From assembly GCF_009914755.1 (NCBI RefSeq), contig NC_060947.1: 64,000 nt of DNA; one strand, given 5' to 3'. Shown piece after piece: positions 37,012 to 56,492 of the stretch. Below the pieces are notes generated by a model, which did not search any database, was not told where the DNA came from, and worked only from the letters and a program-made list of their open reading frames with translations. Each line of letters opens with the position of its first letter. Within the stretch, counting starts at the first letter, position 1. Both the position numbers and the translations under genes were made by a program. Source of the DNA: the human T2T-CHM13v2.0 reference genome, Homo sapiens.

Positions 37012-40000
37012 GTCCTTAATTTATTGATCTTTTGTATATTTTTCTTTTCATCTCATCTTTCACTTCAGCTATGATTTGGATTATTTCTTTCTTTCTTTTT
37101 TGTTTTTGCTAGTTTTTGGGTTAATTTATTCTTGTTTCTCTAGTCCCTCTAGATGCTAAGTTGTTGATTTGAAATCTCTTTAAGTTTTTGATGTGGGCCT
37201 TTAGCACTACAAATTTCCCTCTTAACAATTGTTTAAATGTGTCTTAGAGATTTTCCTATGTTGTATCTTTGTTCTCATTAATTCCAAAGAATTTCTTGAT
37301 TTTTCCCTTAATCTCATTGTTTACCTAAAAGTCATTCCAAGACAGCTTGTTTAATTTTAATATAGTTTTATGGCTTTATGTTATTTTCTCAGTATTTTTT
37401 TGTATTTTTATTGCACTGTTGTCTGAGAGTGTGGTTGGTATGATTGCAGTTTTTTATTTGCTAAGAATTGTTTTATGGCCAACCATGATGTTGATTTTAG
37501 AGTATGTATCACTTGTAGATGAGAAGAATGCATATTATGTTGTCGTTGGGTGGAGTGTTCTGTAGATGGTATTAGGTCTATTTGATCAAGTGTTAAGTTC
37601 AGATCCTGAATGTTTTTGTTAGATTTCTGCCTGAATGATTTGCCCAATACTGTCAGTGGGGTGCTGAGGTCTCACAGCATTATTGTGTGGTTATCTGGGT
37701 CTCTTTGGATCTAGGTCTTTGGATCTCGGTCTCTAAGAACTTGTTTCATGAATATGGGTGCTGCTTTGTTGAGGGCATATATATTTAAGGTAGTTAGGTC
37801 TTGTGGAGTTGAACACTTTACCATTATTTAATGTCCTTCTTTGTCTTTTTTTGATTGTTGTTTTTTTAAAGTCTGTTTTTCTTTTCTGAAATTAGAATAA
37901 CAACCCCTGCTTTTTTTCTGTTTTCCCTTTGCTTAGTAGATTTTTCTCTATCCCTTTACTTTGAGCCTATTGCTGGCAATGCATGTGATATTGATCTCCT
38001 GAAAACAGCATACAGTTGAGTATCGTTTCTTTAACTTACTTTAACTGTGGCTTTTAAGTGGAGAGATTATCCCCTTTATGTTTATGGCTAATATTGATAT
38101 GTGCAAATTTGATCCTGTCATTGTGTTGTTAGCTGGTTGTCAAGTAGACTTGATTATGTAGTTGCTTTATAGCGTCAATGGTATATGTACTTAACTGTTT
38201 CCTTGTGGTGGCCCGTAGTGGTCTTTCATTGTCATGTTTAGCACCCCCTTAAGAATCTCTTGAAAGATAAATCTGGTGATAACACATTCCCTTAGCATTT
38301 GCATGTGTGAAAAAGATTTTATTTCTCATTTTCTTATGAAGTTAGTTTGGCTGTATATGAATTTCTTGGTTGGAAATTCTTTTCTTTTAGGGTGTTGTAT
38401 ATAGGCCACCAATCTCTTCTGGCTTGTAGAATTTCTGCTGAATTGTCCACTGTTAGCCTAATAAGGTTTCCTTTGTAGGTGACCTACCCTTTCTCTGTAG
38501 CAGCATTTAACATTTTTTCTTTCATTTTGACCTTAGGGAATCTGAAGATTATGTGTCTTTGGGATGGTCATCTTTTATAATATTTTGCAGGGCTTCTCCA
38601 CATTTCCTGAATTTGAATGTTGGCCTGTCTAGCAAGGTTGGGGAAATTTTCATGGATGATATCCTCAAATATGCTTTCCAGGCTGCTTGTTTTCTCTTCC
38701 TCTCTTTCAGGATGATAAAGATGATGCCAATAAGTCATAAATTTAGTCTCTACATAATTCCATATCTCTCAGAGTGTTCATGTAATCTGCTTTTTCTTTT
38801 TTCTTTGTTTTTGTCTGATTGAGTAATTTCCTGTCTTCAAGCACTTAGATTTTTTCCTCAGCTTTGTTTATTCTACTGTTATACATGTGATTGTATTAAA
38901 AATTCTTGAACTGAGATTTTCATCTCTATCAGATTAGTTTGGTTGGTTCTTTCTTAAAATGATCCTTATGTCTTTCAGTTCCTGTATTATTTTCTTGTGT
39001 TCTTTAGAATCCCTGAATTGGGTTTCAACTTTCTCTGAATCTCAATGATCTTTATTCCTATCTATTCTGAATTTTATTTCTGTCATTTCACCCATTTCAG
39101 CCTGATTAAAAACAATTGCTGGGGAGCTAATGTAGTTCCTTGGAGATAATAATACACTCTGGTCTTTGAGTTGCCAGAGTTCTTGTATTGATTTTTTATC
39201 ATATGTGTGGGCTGATGTTCCTTCGGTCTTTGAAGTTGTCGTCCTTTGGATGGGTGTTTTTTGTTTGTTTGTTTTTTCTGGTTTGTTTTGTTTGCTTTTT
39301 TTTCTTTGATGGACTTGGGGGTTTGATTGTGGTATACCATGGGTTAAGTCAACTGGCTTAATTTCTGGAAGATTTTGGGAGGCCAAGTCTCAGCTCAGCA
39401 CTCCTGGGTTGTGTGCTCTAACTCTGCAGACTGGTATTGAGCCCCCAGCTTTGTTTTCTGATCCCTTGAGGTTAGAAACCTGCTGTACTGGAGGTGCTAA
39501 GTTGTTCTCAGTCTGCTGGCCACAAAACTCCAATGCATGGTGCTGTGCAAAGTGATTTTTCAGGGTGGTGGCTGTGGGATTTATGCTCACTCACACATGC
39601 CAGTAGCCACAGCAGTGCAGACATGTCAGCTGGGGTGGGGTATCCGCAGGAGCAGGGCTACATGTGTTTGCTTCACTGGTGGTGGTTGTGGCATAGGAGG
39701 GATCCCCATGTCATTCTTGATTCTGGCTTTGCAAGTTTGGAAAAAGGGTATTTTTAATTTTCTTTGATTCTTCAAATATTGTAGCATATATACAATTAGA
39801 GTTATCAGAGTTTTAACATGTAAAAGATACATGCTGTTTATGTTCAGAAGACAGAGAGGCTGGCATTTATCCTAGGACTAAAATAAGAAAGTTGGAAGGG
39901 ACCATAGGGATCTCCTGGCCTTGGAACTGACCTCTGATTGTTCTGAGCTCATACTGTCTTTGAAACCTAAACATATTCTTCTTCTGAACATTTTAAGAGT

Positions 40001-40699
40001 TAGAGAGTTTTGATTTTTGTCTACAAAATAAACATTGGGTTAGTCATACTTGGAAACTATAGCTCAAACTTTAGGACTTAGACCAGGTTTAGTGGAATTT
40101 GCATTATTGCATAATTGGCCAAAATATTTTGCTTGGGTGAATACATGTCTGAATGAATAATAATGGCATCAATGGAAATGTGGAATCAGTTAACATTTTT
40201 TTTTTTTTTTTTTTTTTTGCTTTTCAGGTAACTTTTCAGACATGAATTGGAATAAGATAAGGCCAACTTGCTCAACTACATTCCTTACTAAAACATAATA
40301 ACTAAAAGCTACAGTGTGCATTTCATGTTTCACATGTTCTGTTGCAGTGCCAAGACTAGGTTTAAGCAATTCAGCTGCACAGTTACCAACCACTTCTTCT
40401 TGGAAGATTTACCTACAATCTAACTGATATACTTAACAAAATTATATTTTTAATATTGATTGTACAATTTTTTACTCCTTAATTGTATCTGACAGCTTCT
40501 TATACTTTAAACTTGATCAACAGTAAATTGTGAAGAGAGTAACTATACACCACATGGCTTGACAATATCCAAACATCATTCTTGTTCTACAAAAGTTACA
40601 AATGGTGAGTTGCAAACCAATGTCTTAATAACATTTTATTTTAAAACATGTGTGTTTACCTTCATGTGTTTCAAGAAAGTAGCATGATCTTGAAGAATG

Positions 40700-40920
40700 A
40701 ATAATGATTTTGGAGCAGGTGCACTAGAGTTTGTCCTGTGCCTACTAGCTCTGTAACTTAGACAATATGCTTAATCTCTCTGAATATCATTTTCCTTATT
40801 ATGAAAAGGTATATTTAAGAATATCAACCTTTAAGAAATGCTGTTAAGTTTTAATTAAATTGATATAAAAGAGGCAGTATAGAACATGGTGAAACTAGCC
40901 CTTCAGTAGATGTTACTTTT
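40700..40920 (+). mobile_element. MIR relic
   Basis: Core resembling ctagctctgtaacttagacaatatgcttaatctctctgaatatcattttccttatt. Confidence 0.6.
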
Positions 40921-42159
40921 CTCTCACATATTTTTTATTTACTAGAAACATAAACATTTCAAGTATATTCTAAGTCATTGACTTTAAAATTGACTGTGTA
41001 ATGCCAACAAGCCTTCAAAGTATGCCTAAAACTTATTTCTCTAACCCCTATTTCTAACAAAGCCTGCAAAATTACAATATAGTATACTTTAAATCCGTGA
41101 TCAACTCTATTTGAGCATGATTAATGTCACATATTATTCAATTTCCTGAAAATATGACACCCTGTATAATTTATACTATAACCTTCCCTACATAAGGCTC
41201 TCAATTTCATAATAGGGACTAGCATAGATGAGAATATTTGTTTTCTGAAGCAAACAAAGCTTGCTTTTCTATGTGAGCTAAAGTTTCTCCTTTCTGATTG
41301 AGAACAGGGAACACATGTTATAGTTACCAGTAGAACCGGTATAGTTCGACAGATTTTACATATGGCTAAAATTACTTATGCTAAATAGCTGAAATAAATA
41401 CAAAATGCCCCAGGAAGGGAATGTGAAGATTAAATACCATCAAGGATTAGAAAGATCACTACAAATCTTAGCCTTAGTTAGGTAGACGCAAAGTAGGGTT
41501 CCTAGAGGGCATAGAGTACTAACTGAAATGAATAACATCATGCCATTCTGTAACCTGAAGAGAACTAAAAATCAAACCCCAATAAAATTCTATGTGGGTA
41601 AGTCTCCCTATTGTCTCTAGGGCCAAATAATTCAAAGATAATTATGTTGTACCTGTGCCAATAATAAGGAGAGCAAAGAGTTAAGACTTGGGACCCTAGA
41701 GAAGTAAATCACTTAGCAGAATGTCAAATTAGGAAGTTATAGGGTAGTGATGCTATGGAGAGACAGTTGTAACATACCACAATGAAATGGAGCAGCCAAA
41801 AGCATTTTAACAGACTTTTCCAACTTTCACATATATTATCACATTGAATGTTCACTATAATTCTGCAAAGATGGCATAGAAGCTAGAAAGATTTAATGAC
41901 TTCTCCAAGGTCCTACATCTAGGATCTCTGACTACATAACCCATACTCTTTTCACAAGTATTACATCTCTTCTGATGAATAAACATGAAGTTCTGGGGTT
42001 AATTATTTAAGGTGAAAGGAGTCAAGATGCTTAGAGAGCAGACTTATAGAGTGAGGAAATTATAGATACAGGCCAATGCTGTGTGTCCCAAACAAAGCAG
42101 ACAAAATTTCAGGGAAATTATTTAACTAGAGTTGAGAACATGACTAGTCTGAGAAAAAG

Positions 42160-42625
42160 TAGTTGGGCAGAATTGGTTAGCTGTCACTAATATGCATTCT
42201 CCCCTTGTTTATTTAATAATAGAACTTTCACCTTTTAGCTGAGCATAAGACTGAAAACTGCATTTCCTAGTATCCCCTCTAGTCTGGTATAGCATGACTA
42301 AGTTCTAACAATGGGTGTTGAGCAAAGGTAATGTGTGAGACTTCTCAGTTATGCCACTAAAAAGAGGATCAAGCCCTTTCTTTCCTTCCTCCTCACCTAG
42401 CTATCTAATATGTTAACATGATGGCAGTAGCTGGAGCAGACATATAAGATATGAGCACTATATAGCACTTTAATGTTGACAATGGCAGATTAAGAAGATA
42501 GAAGGAACCTAGGTCTCTGAACACCATGTAGTCAACATTGACTCAGGGCTACTTTCTTTAGACTGTTATTTGAGAAATACATTTTTATATTTTTTAAACC
42601 ACTGTTACTTTGGTCCTTATTGCAG
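42160..42625 (+). mobile_element. Ancient ERVL LTR, LTR16-like
   Basis: Contains actgcatttcctagtatcccct...catgactaagttcta...tgagcaaaggtaatgtgtg and atggcagattaagaagatagaaggaacctaggtctctga. Boundaries are approximate. Confidence 0.6.
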
Positions 42626-45543
42626 AAGAAAAATCCATATCCTCATTTTAGAAGTTTTGACCTGATATTAAGAGAAATGTAGTCACAGAGGGAAAATAAT
42701 TTACATTTTTTCCGGGATCTAGGGAATAAATATGAGTATGTGTCACATTGGAATGAAGACTAAAGTAGCAGAATGACATAAAGGAAGGTTAGAAATAAAA
42801 AGAGGGGAATATAAAAGCAGTAGCTGATCTAATGTGGAAACAGAATCGAGAGCAACAGAAAACTAGAGGCAGCAAGAGACCTGTGTCTCAAAGGCTGCCC
42901 TCAACATATTTGGTATTTAATCACATGGTATAACCAGTAACTATAAGTGAGTTTGTTTCCTTAACAGAATATTCCTGTGCAGTTTAGTTAATTAACTTCC
43001 AAGGATAATAAGAAAGTTTCAATTCAAGTATCCAATTCCATTGAGAAATAATGGTTGCACAGGTTTTATGTTAAGAATAATTCTGAGGCCACACCTGGGC
43101 GTAGAAGTGGAGAGTGGTAGAAAATATGTTACGTATTTGGCATCTTTCAGTTATAGTCCATACGGACAACAGCATCGTGATGGAGAAGGGGAATGAAACT
43201 AGGAAATAACATTTTTGAAGTTATCATTAGATAAGTTCTCCTGAGAGTTATGGTGAACATGATTTCTAGAATGGTTCTACTGCTGAATAGAGTCAGAAAG
43301 CAATAGAAGAACATAAATGAATGAGATTCAAAATGTATCTATAGAGCCAAAGGTAGGGGCAATAATCAGAGTTAGAAGAGACAGTTGGGGATGAAGTGGT
43401 TCTGAACATTGCATGCCTCTCATTAACATATTCTTGACCTTTAATTTATGCTTGAATGTTGCATTCTAGGCAGCTTTCCAAAAGTATTTTTCATGAGAGA
43501 ACAATTTCTGGATAAAAGCTTTCGTGAAACAATTTAACTTGCCCAACTTTTTTTTCTCTTAAGGCAATATTAAGAGGTTAATAACGTTAACTGTAGTAGT
43601 GGATAACTTCCTGATTTTTATAAGGTTTCCAATACTTTTTAAGCAGTTATTTAAGTTGCAAATTCTTAGACTTCTGCCAAAGAAGACTTACCATTTTCTG
43701 CTATAAGAGGCAGCAACGGTATTTTTTAAAAAATGCTTTCATATACTTGTATCATTATTTTGAACCTGGAATAATCTTATTCTAAATGAACTTATACTTT
43801 TTTACCTAAAGAAAAACAATGAAAAATTGTTTTAATTTTAAAAAGAAAAATGATTTATAAAATATAAAGGATGCATGCAAATAAGCCTTGAAGGGAATAT
43901 CTTCCGATATTAATAGTGATTTTTTTTGAAAATAAAACTATGGGTGTTTTATTCTTCTTCCAACTTTTTGTTTTTGTAATTATCTTGTATGAGTATGTAT
44001 TACTTTAAATTGAAGAACCATCATAATACTTTAATGTAAAAGAAAATAAAATAGTCCTATAATGCTAATAGTACTTTGAAAAGAACTCTGGGAAAAATCA
44101 GATATGTAGCAATCTAGACTACTGGAAAATCCTAAGAAATGGCTAAGCACTTGCTATATGGTTGTTCTATTAGTCCGTTCTCATTATGCTAATAAAGACA
44201 TGTCCCAGACTGGATAATTTATAAAGAAAAGAGATTTGGGGTGGGACCAAGAGGGCTGACTAGAAGCAGTGGTGATTGGAGGCACCCATCGAAAAGAATC
44301 ATAATAGCATGTGAATCCTGCACTGGCAAGCGAGGTATCCAGGTTCTTTCATCAGAACTGATTAGGTGGCTGGTGTGACCCATGGAGAGGAAGAAAGAGC
44401 AGTGTGGTGCAGTGGCCTACCTGAGAGCCACACAGGGCAGGGGAGCCCCCACCCCCCAGCCAAGGGAGGTGGTGAGTGAGCATGCTATCCAGCTGGGAAA
44501 ACCATACTTTTTCCACTGAACTGTGCAAACCACAGATCAGAAGATGTCACTGGGTGAACCCATGCCACTGGGGCTTAGGGTTCCAACCCCAGAGCTGTGC
44601 AGATTCTCAACAGCCTCTCAGCTAGGATCTGCTTAAGCCTGCCATATTCCTGGGAAGAGGGGTGGTCAGCACCACAGCTATGGCTGCCTGCTGTCTCAGC
44701 TTTTCGAGTTCCTTGGGAAAGAGGCAACAGCCAGCACTGGGACTGATAGCTGCCTAACACGCTAAGCTCCCTGGGCGAGGGAAGGGTGGTAGCCATCTCT
44801 GTAGCTTTTCCACTGCTGGAGCCAGGGAGGCTGGATGGCTTGGTCCCAAAAGGTGTCCCCCACAGTCCAACACCCCAGTTGTGGTAGACTGTGGCCAAAG
44901 CACCTCTTCAGGCCTGACCCTGACCCATCCTTCCTCACTTGATGGGGCCTCCCTGCAGGAACTCCAACAACTTCAGCCAGGGGCTCAGGGACAGAACTCT
45001 GATCTCCCTGGGCCTGAGCCCCTAGGGGGAGTGGTGGCTGCAATCACTGTGGACCGGCAGACTTAGCCTTTCCTCCTAGTAGTTCTGAGGAATCCAGGCA
45101 GCCCAGACGAGTGGGTTTCCCCTCAGTGAAGCACACCTCCTGGACCAAGGTACAGTCAAAGTGCTTCATTCCCTGTGCCGCCCAACTGGGTGAGACCCTT
45201 TAACAGGGGTTGTCAGACACCCTATACAGGAACGATCTTACTGGCATCAGGTTGGTCCCCCTTGAGGTTAGAGATCTCAGAGGAAGGAACAAGTAACCAT
45301 CTTTGCTGTTCTCCAGGCTCCTAAGTGACATCTCCAGGTGCAGGGGCAAACCAGATGAATAGGGCCTGAAGTGAACCCCCAGCAAACCACAGCAGCCCTA
45401 CAACCCTGCAGAAGAGGGACCTGACCATTGAAAGAAAACCAAACAAACAGAAAGCAACAACAGCATCAACAATAAAAAAAAAAGTTTCCACAAAAACCCC
45501 ACCCAAGGGTCAGCATCCTCAAAGATCAAAAGTAGACAAACTC

Positions 45544-46566
45544 ATGAAAATGAGAAAGAGTCAAAGAAAAACACTGAAAACCCAAAAGCCCAGAGTGCCT
45601 CTTCTCCAAATGTTTGCAACACGCTCCAGCAAGGGTACAGAAATGGACTGAGGATGAGATGGAGAAACTGATGGAAGTAGGCTTCAGAAGATGGGTAATA
45701 ACAAACTCCGCTGAGCTAAAGAAGCATGTTCTAATCCAATGCAAAGAAGCTAAACACCTTGATAAAAGGTTAGAGGAGCTGCTAACTAGAATAACCAGTT
45801 TAGAGAGGAACATAAATGACCTGATGGAGCTAAAAAACACAGCATGAGAACTTTGTGAAGCATACACAAGTATCAATAGCCGAACTGACCAAGTGGAAGA
45901 AAGGATATCAGAGTTTGAAGACCACATTGCTGAAATAAGGCATGCAGACAAGATTAGAGAGAAAAGAATGAAAAGGAATGAACAAAGAGTTCGAGAAATG
46001 TGGGACTATGTAAAAAGACCGAACCTATGATTGATTGGAGTACCTGAAGGAGACGGGGCAATGTAAACAAGCTGGAAAACACACTTTAGGGTATTATTCA
46101 GGAGAACTTCTCCAACCTAGCAAGAAAAGCCAACATTCAAATTCAGGAAATACAGAAAACACCACTGAGATACTCCACAAGAAGATCAACCCCAAAACAC
46201 GTAATCGTCAGATTCTCCATGGACAAAATGAAGGAAAAAATGTTAAGGGCAGCCAGAGAGAAAGGCCAGGTCACCTACAAGGGGAAGCTCATCAGACTAA
46301 CAGTGGACTTCTCAGAAATCCTAGAAGCCAGAAGAGATTGGGGGCCTATATTCAACATTCTTAAAGAAAAGAATTTTCAACGCAGAATTTTATATCCAGC
46401 CAAACTAAGCCTCATAAGCAAAGGAGAAATAAAATCCTTTCCAGACAAGCAAAGGCTGAGAGATTTTGTCACCACTAGGCCTGCCTTGCAAGAGCTCCTG
46501 AAAGAAGCACTAAATATGGAAAGGAAAATCTGGTACCAGCCACTGCAAAAACACACCAAAATATAA
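45544..46566 (+). pseudogene. L1 ORF1p, disrupted
   Basis: Fragments 45614..45847 (coiled coil) and 46219..46566 (KEKMLRAAREKGQVTYKG...YPAKLS). Internal stops. Confidence 0.92.
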
Positions 46567-46626
46567 AGACCAAGGACACTATGAAGAAACTGCATTAACT
46601 AGTGTGCAAAATAACTAGATAGCATC

Positions 46627-50422
<3,796 letters not shown>

Positions 50423-51069
50423 ACAACGAGAACACATGGACACTGGCAGGGGAACATCACATACCAGGGCCTGTCAGGGGATGGGGGGTGAGGGGAGGGA
50501 ACATAGAAGACTAGTAAATACATGCAGCAAACCACCATGGCACACATATACCTATGTGACCAGCCTGCACATTCCACACGTGTTTCTGAGAACTTAAAGT
50601 AAAATTTAAAAAAAGAAAAGAGGTTTAATTGCCTCACAGTTTTGCATGTCTTGGGAGGCCTCAGGAAACTTACGATCATGAGAGAAGCCAACCTGATTCA
50701 GACTCTGGAAATGTCTCTTGGTGGTCAGAAGAGAATGTAGCCTAGTGAAATGGATTAGTGAAATACACTGGGGTGGTTTTGATAGACAGGAACCAAAGAT
50801 ATGAAGGACCTCATAGACACAGGTTAAGAAGCTCTAAAAATATGAGTAAACCAGATGGCTTTTAAATTAAGGAGTTTCTTGGTCAGGTCACTGTGAAAAT
50901 CTCTCTGACAGTTCTGTGAAACAATGAATTGGAAACAAGAACCAATCCAAGTAGGGGAAAATAAGAACTTTAAGTAGGGCAGAAGATAACAGAACTTGAA
51001 CTCAAGCAGATGGGAGTGGGATATACGTGTGAATGTGATTTCAGCAGTACAATCAACAAAGCTTGGAAG

Positions 51070-51363
51070 AGTAAGGGGAAAGAAGTTGTGAGGAAATATA
51101 ACCAGAAGACAAAAGGAGGATGATCTGATGATAATAAACTGGGGTTGTAATTTAGCAAGGCGTTTTGGTTGAGATTATTCTTAGCATCTCTGTGTCATTG
51201 GCTCTCCTCCTCTGAGAATAGGCAGGACTCCTCTTGAATGTGGATTTTATGACTTGCTTCAGGAGAGAAGGGCAAGGTGAAGGACAAAGTGACATTCCCA
51301 GTTCTGCTGTTTTTTCAAATGCCAGGTGCCATATTTTGGGGTTGCCTGTCCTGAATACAATCA
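51070..51363 (-). mobile_element. MER31-like LTR fragment
   Basis: Ends caaatgccaggtgccatattttggggttgcctgtcctgaa, the reverse complement of the MER31-type start as I recall it. Left boundary is approximate. Confidence 0.65.
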
Positions 51364-51974
51364 GAAGTGTGATATGTTTGAGTGAGTGTGAGTACTGGGA
51401 TAAGAGAGTCTAAGACAGACTGGATGATCTAAGATCATGGTGGTAAGGGAAAACAAGAAGTAGATTTGGGGAAATACAAAATATTTGAATATACTGATTT
51501 TGAAATTGGCAGAAAAAAATATATTACCAGTATCCAGCATAATTGACACAAAGTGGGTACTACATGTCCAGATCAAACAAACAGAATTTCTAAAGAAAAT
51601 AAAATATGTGACTAAATAATACAATGAATAAATATGAATGACTAAATTTCTAAAAGTGGACTTATTCAGCTTTTAAGACTGTCTGAAATACTCAGTGTGT
51701 GAAAATCGTATATTATACAAGATGGAGAAGTACTTCCAGGATATTATACAGCTGCAAATTTTACCCTACAGGCATAAAAGAGTTGGTGATTACTCACAAA
51801 CACCAGTGTTATATTCAGGTGAGAACTAGCAATTGTGTCTAGTGAAAAGAAACACAATTAAGGTGCTGAAAATGATGAAGTAGCAGAAAATGTGTCAAGA
51901 TCCAATGAACAGGTGAGCATAACACAGTCTGCAGGGAAAATGATTGAGGTGAAATGAACCTACTGATCGATCTG

Positions 51975-52289
51975 TTTTTTTTATTTTTTTATTTTTTTGA
52001 GACAGAGTCTCGCTCTGTCGCCCAGGCTGGAGTGCAGTGGCGCGATCTCGGCTCCCTTGCAAGCTCTGCCTCCTGGGTTCACGCCATTCTCCTGCCTCAG
52101 CCTCCCCAGTAGCTGGGACTACAGGCGCCCGCCACCGTGCCCAGATAATTTCTTTTTTATTGTTTATTTTTAGTGGAGACAGGGTTTCACCGTGTTAGCC
52201 AGGATGGTCTCGATCTCCTGACTTCGTGATCCGCCTGCCTTGGCCTCCCAAAGTTCTGGGATTACAGGTGTGAGCCACTGTGCCAGGCC
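51975..52289 (-). mobile_element. AluY-like
   Basis: Diagnostic gcaagctc...ttcacgccattc and ttagccaggatggtctcgatc. Confidence 0.95.
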
Positions 52290-53814
52290 TGTATTTTTTT
52301 AATATTCAGGTTTGGCTCAGTCCATTTCATTGTTGACTGTTTACTCACCACAAATCACAGTAGTGAATTCATTCTCACCAATGATCCCAGAAACATAGCT
52401 GCAGAATTCTCATCATTACTCCATCTTGTTGTGGATACTCTGAAACTCTATTCCCATTGCCCTCTTCATGCCACACATGCAGCGAAGTATTATCAGTTCT
52501 ACTCCTTCCTGTGTCCCACGCTTAAACTTTCTTAGTCATTTTATTAATAGGGAGTCTTCCTTCCTGAAGTCATATATAAAATGTTCCCAGTTTTCAGGCA
52601 CTGGACACTAGGCAGTTTGCCTCTTCTACCAAACATATTCAACATCCCTTCCTTCCTGTAAGTTAGTTATGAATTGCATGAGATTTGGACTTTCTATACA
52701 TGTCAGAAAAGTATTCATTTTATTTCCGGATTTCTGCCTTCAAATAATACATCTGCCAGTAGATAAATCTAGTAGTAAACAGTAGGTGAAAATAACGTGA
52801 ATGTGTATGCTTTGATGTGTGGAAATGGATATGAATATCTTATATGTGTGGTCAGGATATTGTCTTCTCTAGCAAAAAAGGGTAAGGCTTTGATCCAATA
52901 TGAGAACAATATCAAGTGACAAGGAAGAAAGAGTCCAAATAGTAAACTAAAAACACTTGGTTGGTTGTGGAAGCGAGGTGTAGCATTGGTTAAAGGGAGC
53001 AAAAATTCACCGATAGTCTGTGATGATCAAATACCAGTAGGATATCCTCTATTCTGTTTTTATATCTTTACCAGGTGACGAGTTCATATAAATAAGGTAA
53101 TATATTTAGTGGTGGAACCAGTATTCTCCAGTGATTTCAGTAAATAAATATGCTGCCTTAGTTTTGCATTTTCAATTACCTATATCATGTAAAATATATC
53201 CAAAGAATTAAAGTGATCAAACCACTAAAAGCTCATTACTTTTTATTTTTATGACCAGATTCAAGTGCTATAGCATATTGACAAAAACATACACCCACCT
53301 GGGGCCAGGTGTCTAAATTTTCATGATAATGAAAGATGGTTTCAAAAAGGAACTCACCATGTGAAAACGTACTTAATCTTGTCTACAATTATTATGTTGT
53401 GTTAATAGAAAGTTTAGTGTTAATGTGACAGACGATGTTAGAAAAAAAATCAATCTTGATTTGAAAGCTTCATAATTAATCAGGTGGACAGAAAGAGAGC
53501 ATTATTGTACCTATCACCCATTATTAGGAGGAATTTACAACGCACATCCCAGACTGGTTTTCTCATTTAATTCCTGAGGGTCATGCAAGTGTTTGTTTCC
53601 ATAATGATTCAATTAACCAATGTTAATTAACCAACATTGTTGCCAATTTATTACTAATATAAAATGAAACTATGTTATTTAGCAATACCAAGGCTCAGAA
53701 ATAAAGCTTTATCAGTTCTTCAAGTCATTAACAGCTGCAAAAATGTTTAATTGGTATAAAGTTTAATTTATTTTAAAGTAATAATGAGAAATACTACACA
53801 TTTTTAAAGGATTA

Positions 53815-54155
<341 letters not shown>

Positions 54156-54473
54156 TTATTATATGGAAATCTAGAGTTTACTTTACATCATACATAACAT
54201 TGCCCTGACTTCGCCCCACTATTACAGACATTTTAGGATCCCATTAATAATATATGCACAGGAGATTTTGTGAAAGAGGGTAACTTGAGTAAATGCATCC
54301 AATCCTTCTTTCTTAAATGCTTTTCCTGCACGACTGACTTAAATAATCAAAGGAAAGGAACCTATTTGTGGGAATCATTGGAGGAAGTGGGGGTGTAGCA
54401 GAGGATTATATAGAAGGGTCATTCTGGCCAAGGCGGCATATTGACAAAAGACCTCCCCAAATTTAGACTTTTT

Positions 54474-54762
54474 TTTTTTTTGAGATGGAGTCTCACTCTG
54501 TCGCCCAGGCTGGAGTGCAGTGACGCCATCTCGGCTCACTGCAAGCTCCGCCTCCCGGGTTCACGCCATTCTCTTGCCTCAGCCTCCTGAGTAGCTGGGA
54601 CTATAGTCGCCCGCCACCACGCCCGGCTAATTTTTTGTATTTTTAGTAGAGACGGGGTTTCACCGTGTTAGCCAGGATGGTCTCGATCTCCTGACCTCGT
54701 GATCTGACCGCCTCGGCCTCCCAAAGTGCTGGGATTACAGGCGTGAGCCACCGCGCCCAGCC
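54474..54762 (-). mobile_element. AluY, young and CpG-rich
   Basis: Near-consensus AluY with a perfect target duplication aaatttagacttttt (54459-54473 and 54763-54777). Confidence 0.97.
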
Positions 54763-55067
54763 AAATTTAGACTTTTTATATTGTCTTCAAATATTGCATA
54801 CATATAGTCATTGTATTTTAAATGCATTAATTTGTTTAATGTACACATTTGAAGCACTGTCATGCTTGTGATGACTTGCAAAATAACATGAAAGTTGGAG
54901 GGAACTCTATATCAAGTCGAGTACTTAGAGAAGAGTGCCATCCCTGTGCCACAAACTTGGAAGATTTTTGCTAAGTATGGAACAATGAAAACAAGACTAA
55001 ATCAAAGAGATTGAGCAACCATTTCATAACAGGCTTACCTGAGATAGAAAAATCTCTTAAGCAAAAC

Positions 55068-55880
<813 letters not shown>

Positions 55881-56093
55881 TGAACAAAGAAATTTTTAAC
55901 AGTGAAAGTGAGGCAAACGTGAAGATCAAGAGAGACTGGGTGCTGCTCTGCTGTGGATCAATATCACTGAAACTCAGCACTTGAAATCAGCTACACTAAG
56001 AATCGTAAGAGTAAAGATAATCAAATAAACAAAGCCTGGAGATGGCAGGGCTCCTCTCAGGCAAGGAGCAGAAAAGGTACCAAAAGTAGACAC

Positions 56094-56492
56094 TGATATA
56101 TTTTGGATGCTTGTTCTCTCCAAATCTCATGTTGAAATGTGATCCCCAATGTTGGAGGTGGGGCCTAGTGGGAAGTGTTTGGCTCATGGGGGTGAATCCC
56201 TCATGAATGGCTTGTTGCCCTCCCCATGGTAATGAGTCTACAAGAGAGCTTGTTTAAAAGTGCATGGCATGTCCTCCCTTCTGTCTTGCTTCCTCTCTCA
56301 CCATGTCACATGTATGCTCCCACTTCACCTTCCACCATGAGTAAAAACTTACTGAGGCCTCATCAGAAGCTGAGCAGATGTTGATGCCATGCTTGTACAG
56401 ACTGTAAAACCATAAGCCAAATAAACCTCTCTTATTTATAAATTACCCAGTCTAGGGTATCCCTTTATAGCAACACAAAACAGACAAACATA
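56094..56492 (+). mobile_element. MSTB-like solo LTR (MaLR)
   Basis: ccaaatctcatgttgaaatgtgatccccaatgttggaggtggggcc...ccaaataaacctc...tttatagcaacacaaaacagac. Target duplication gacac/gaccc. Confidence 0.88.

Larger units (their letters stand above)
33378..39700 (-). mobile_element. LINE-1, L1PA16-like, near full length (truncated within the 5' UTR), decayed
   Basis: Poly-T and an L1PA15/16-type 3' UTR. ORF2 fragments 34965-35255, 35917-36138 ([14 protein letters not shown]) and 37408-37647. ORF1 region at ~38200-39200. Confidence 0.92.

Noticed and set aside
50477-50500. G-quadruplex-like run ggggatggggggtgaggggaggg
   Set aside because: A normal feature of primate L1 3' UTRs.
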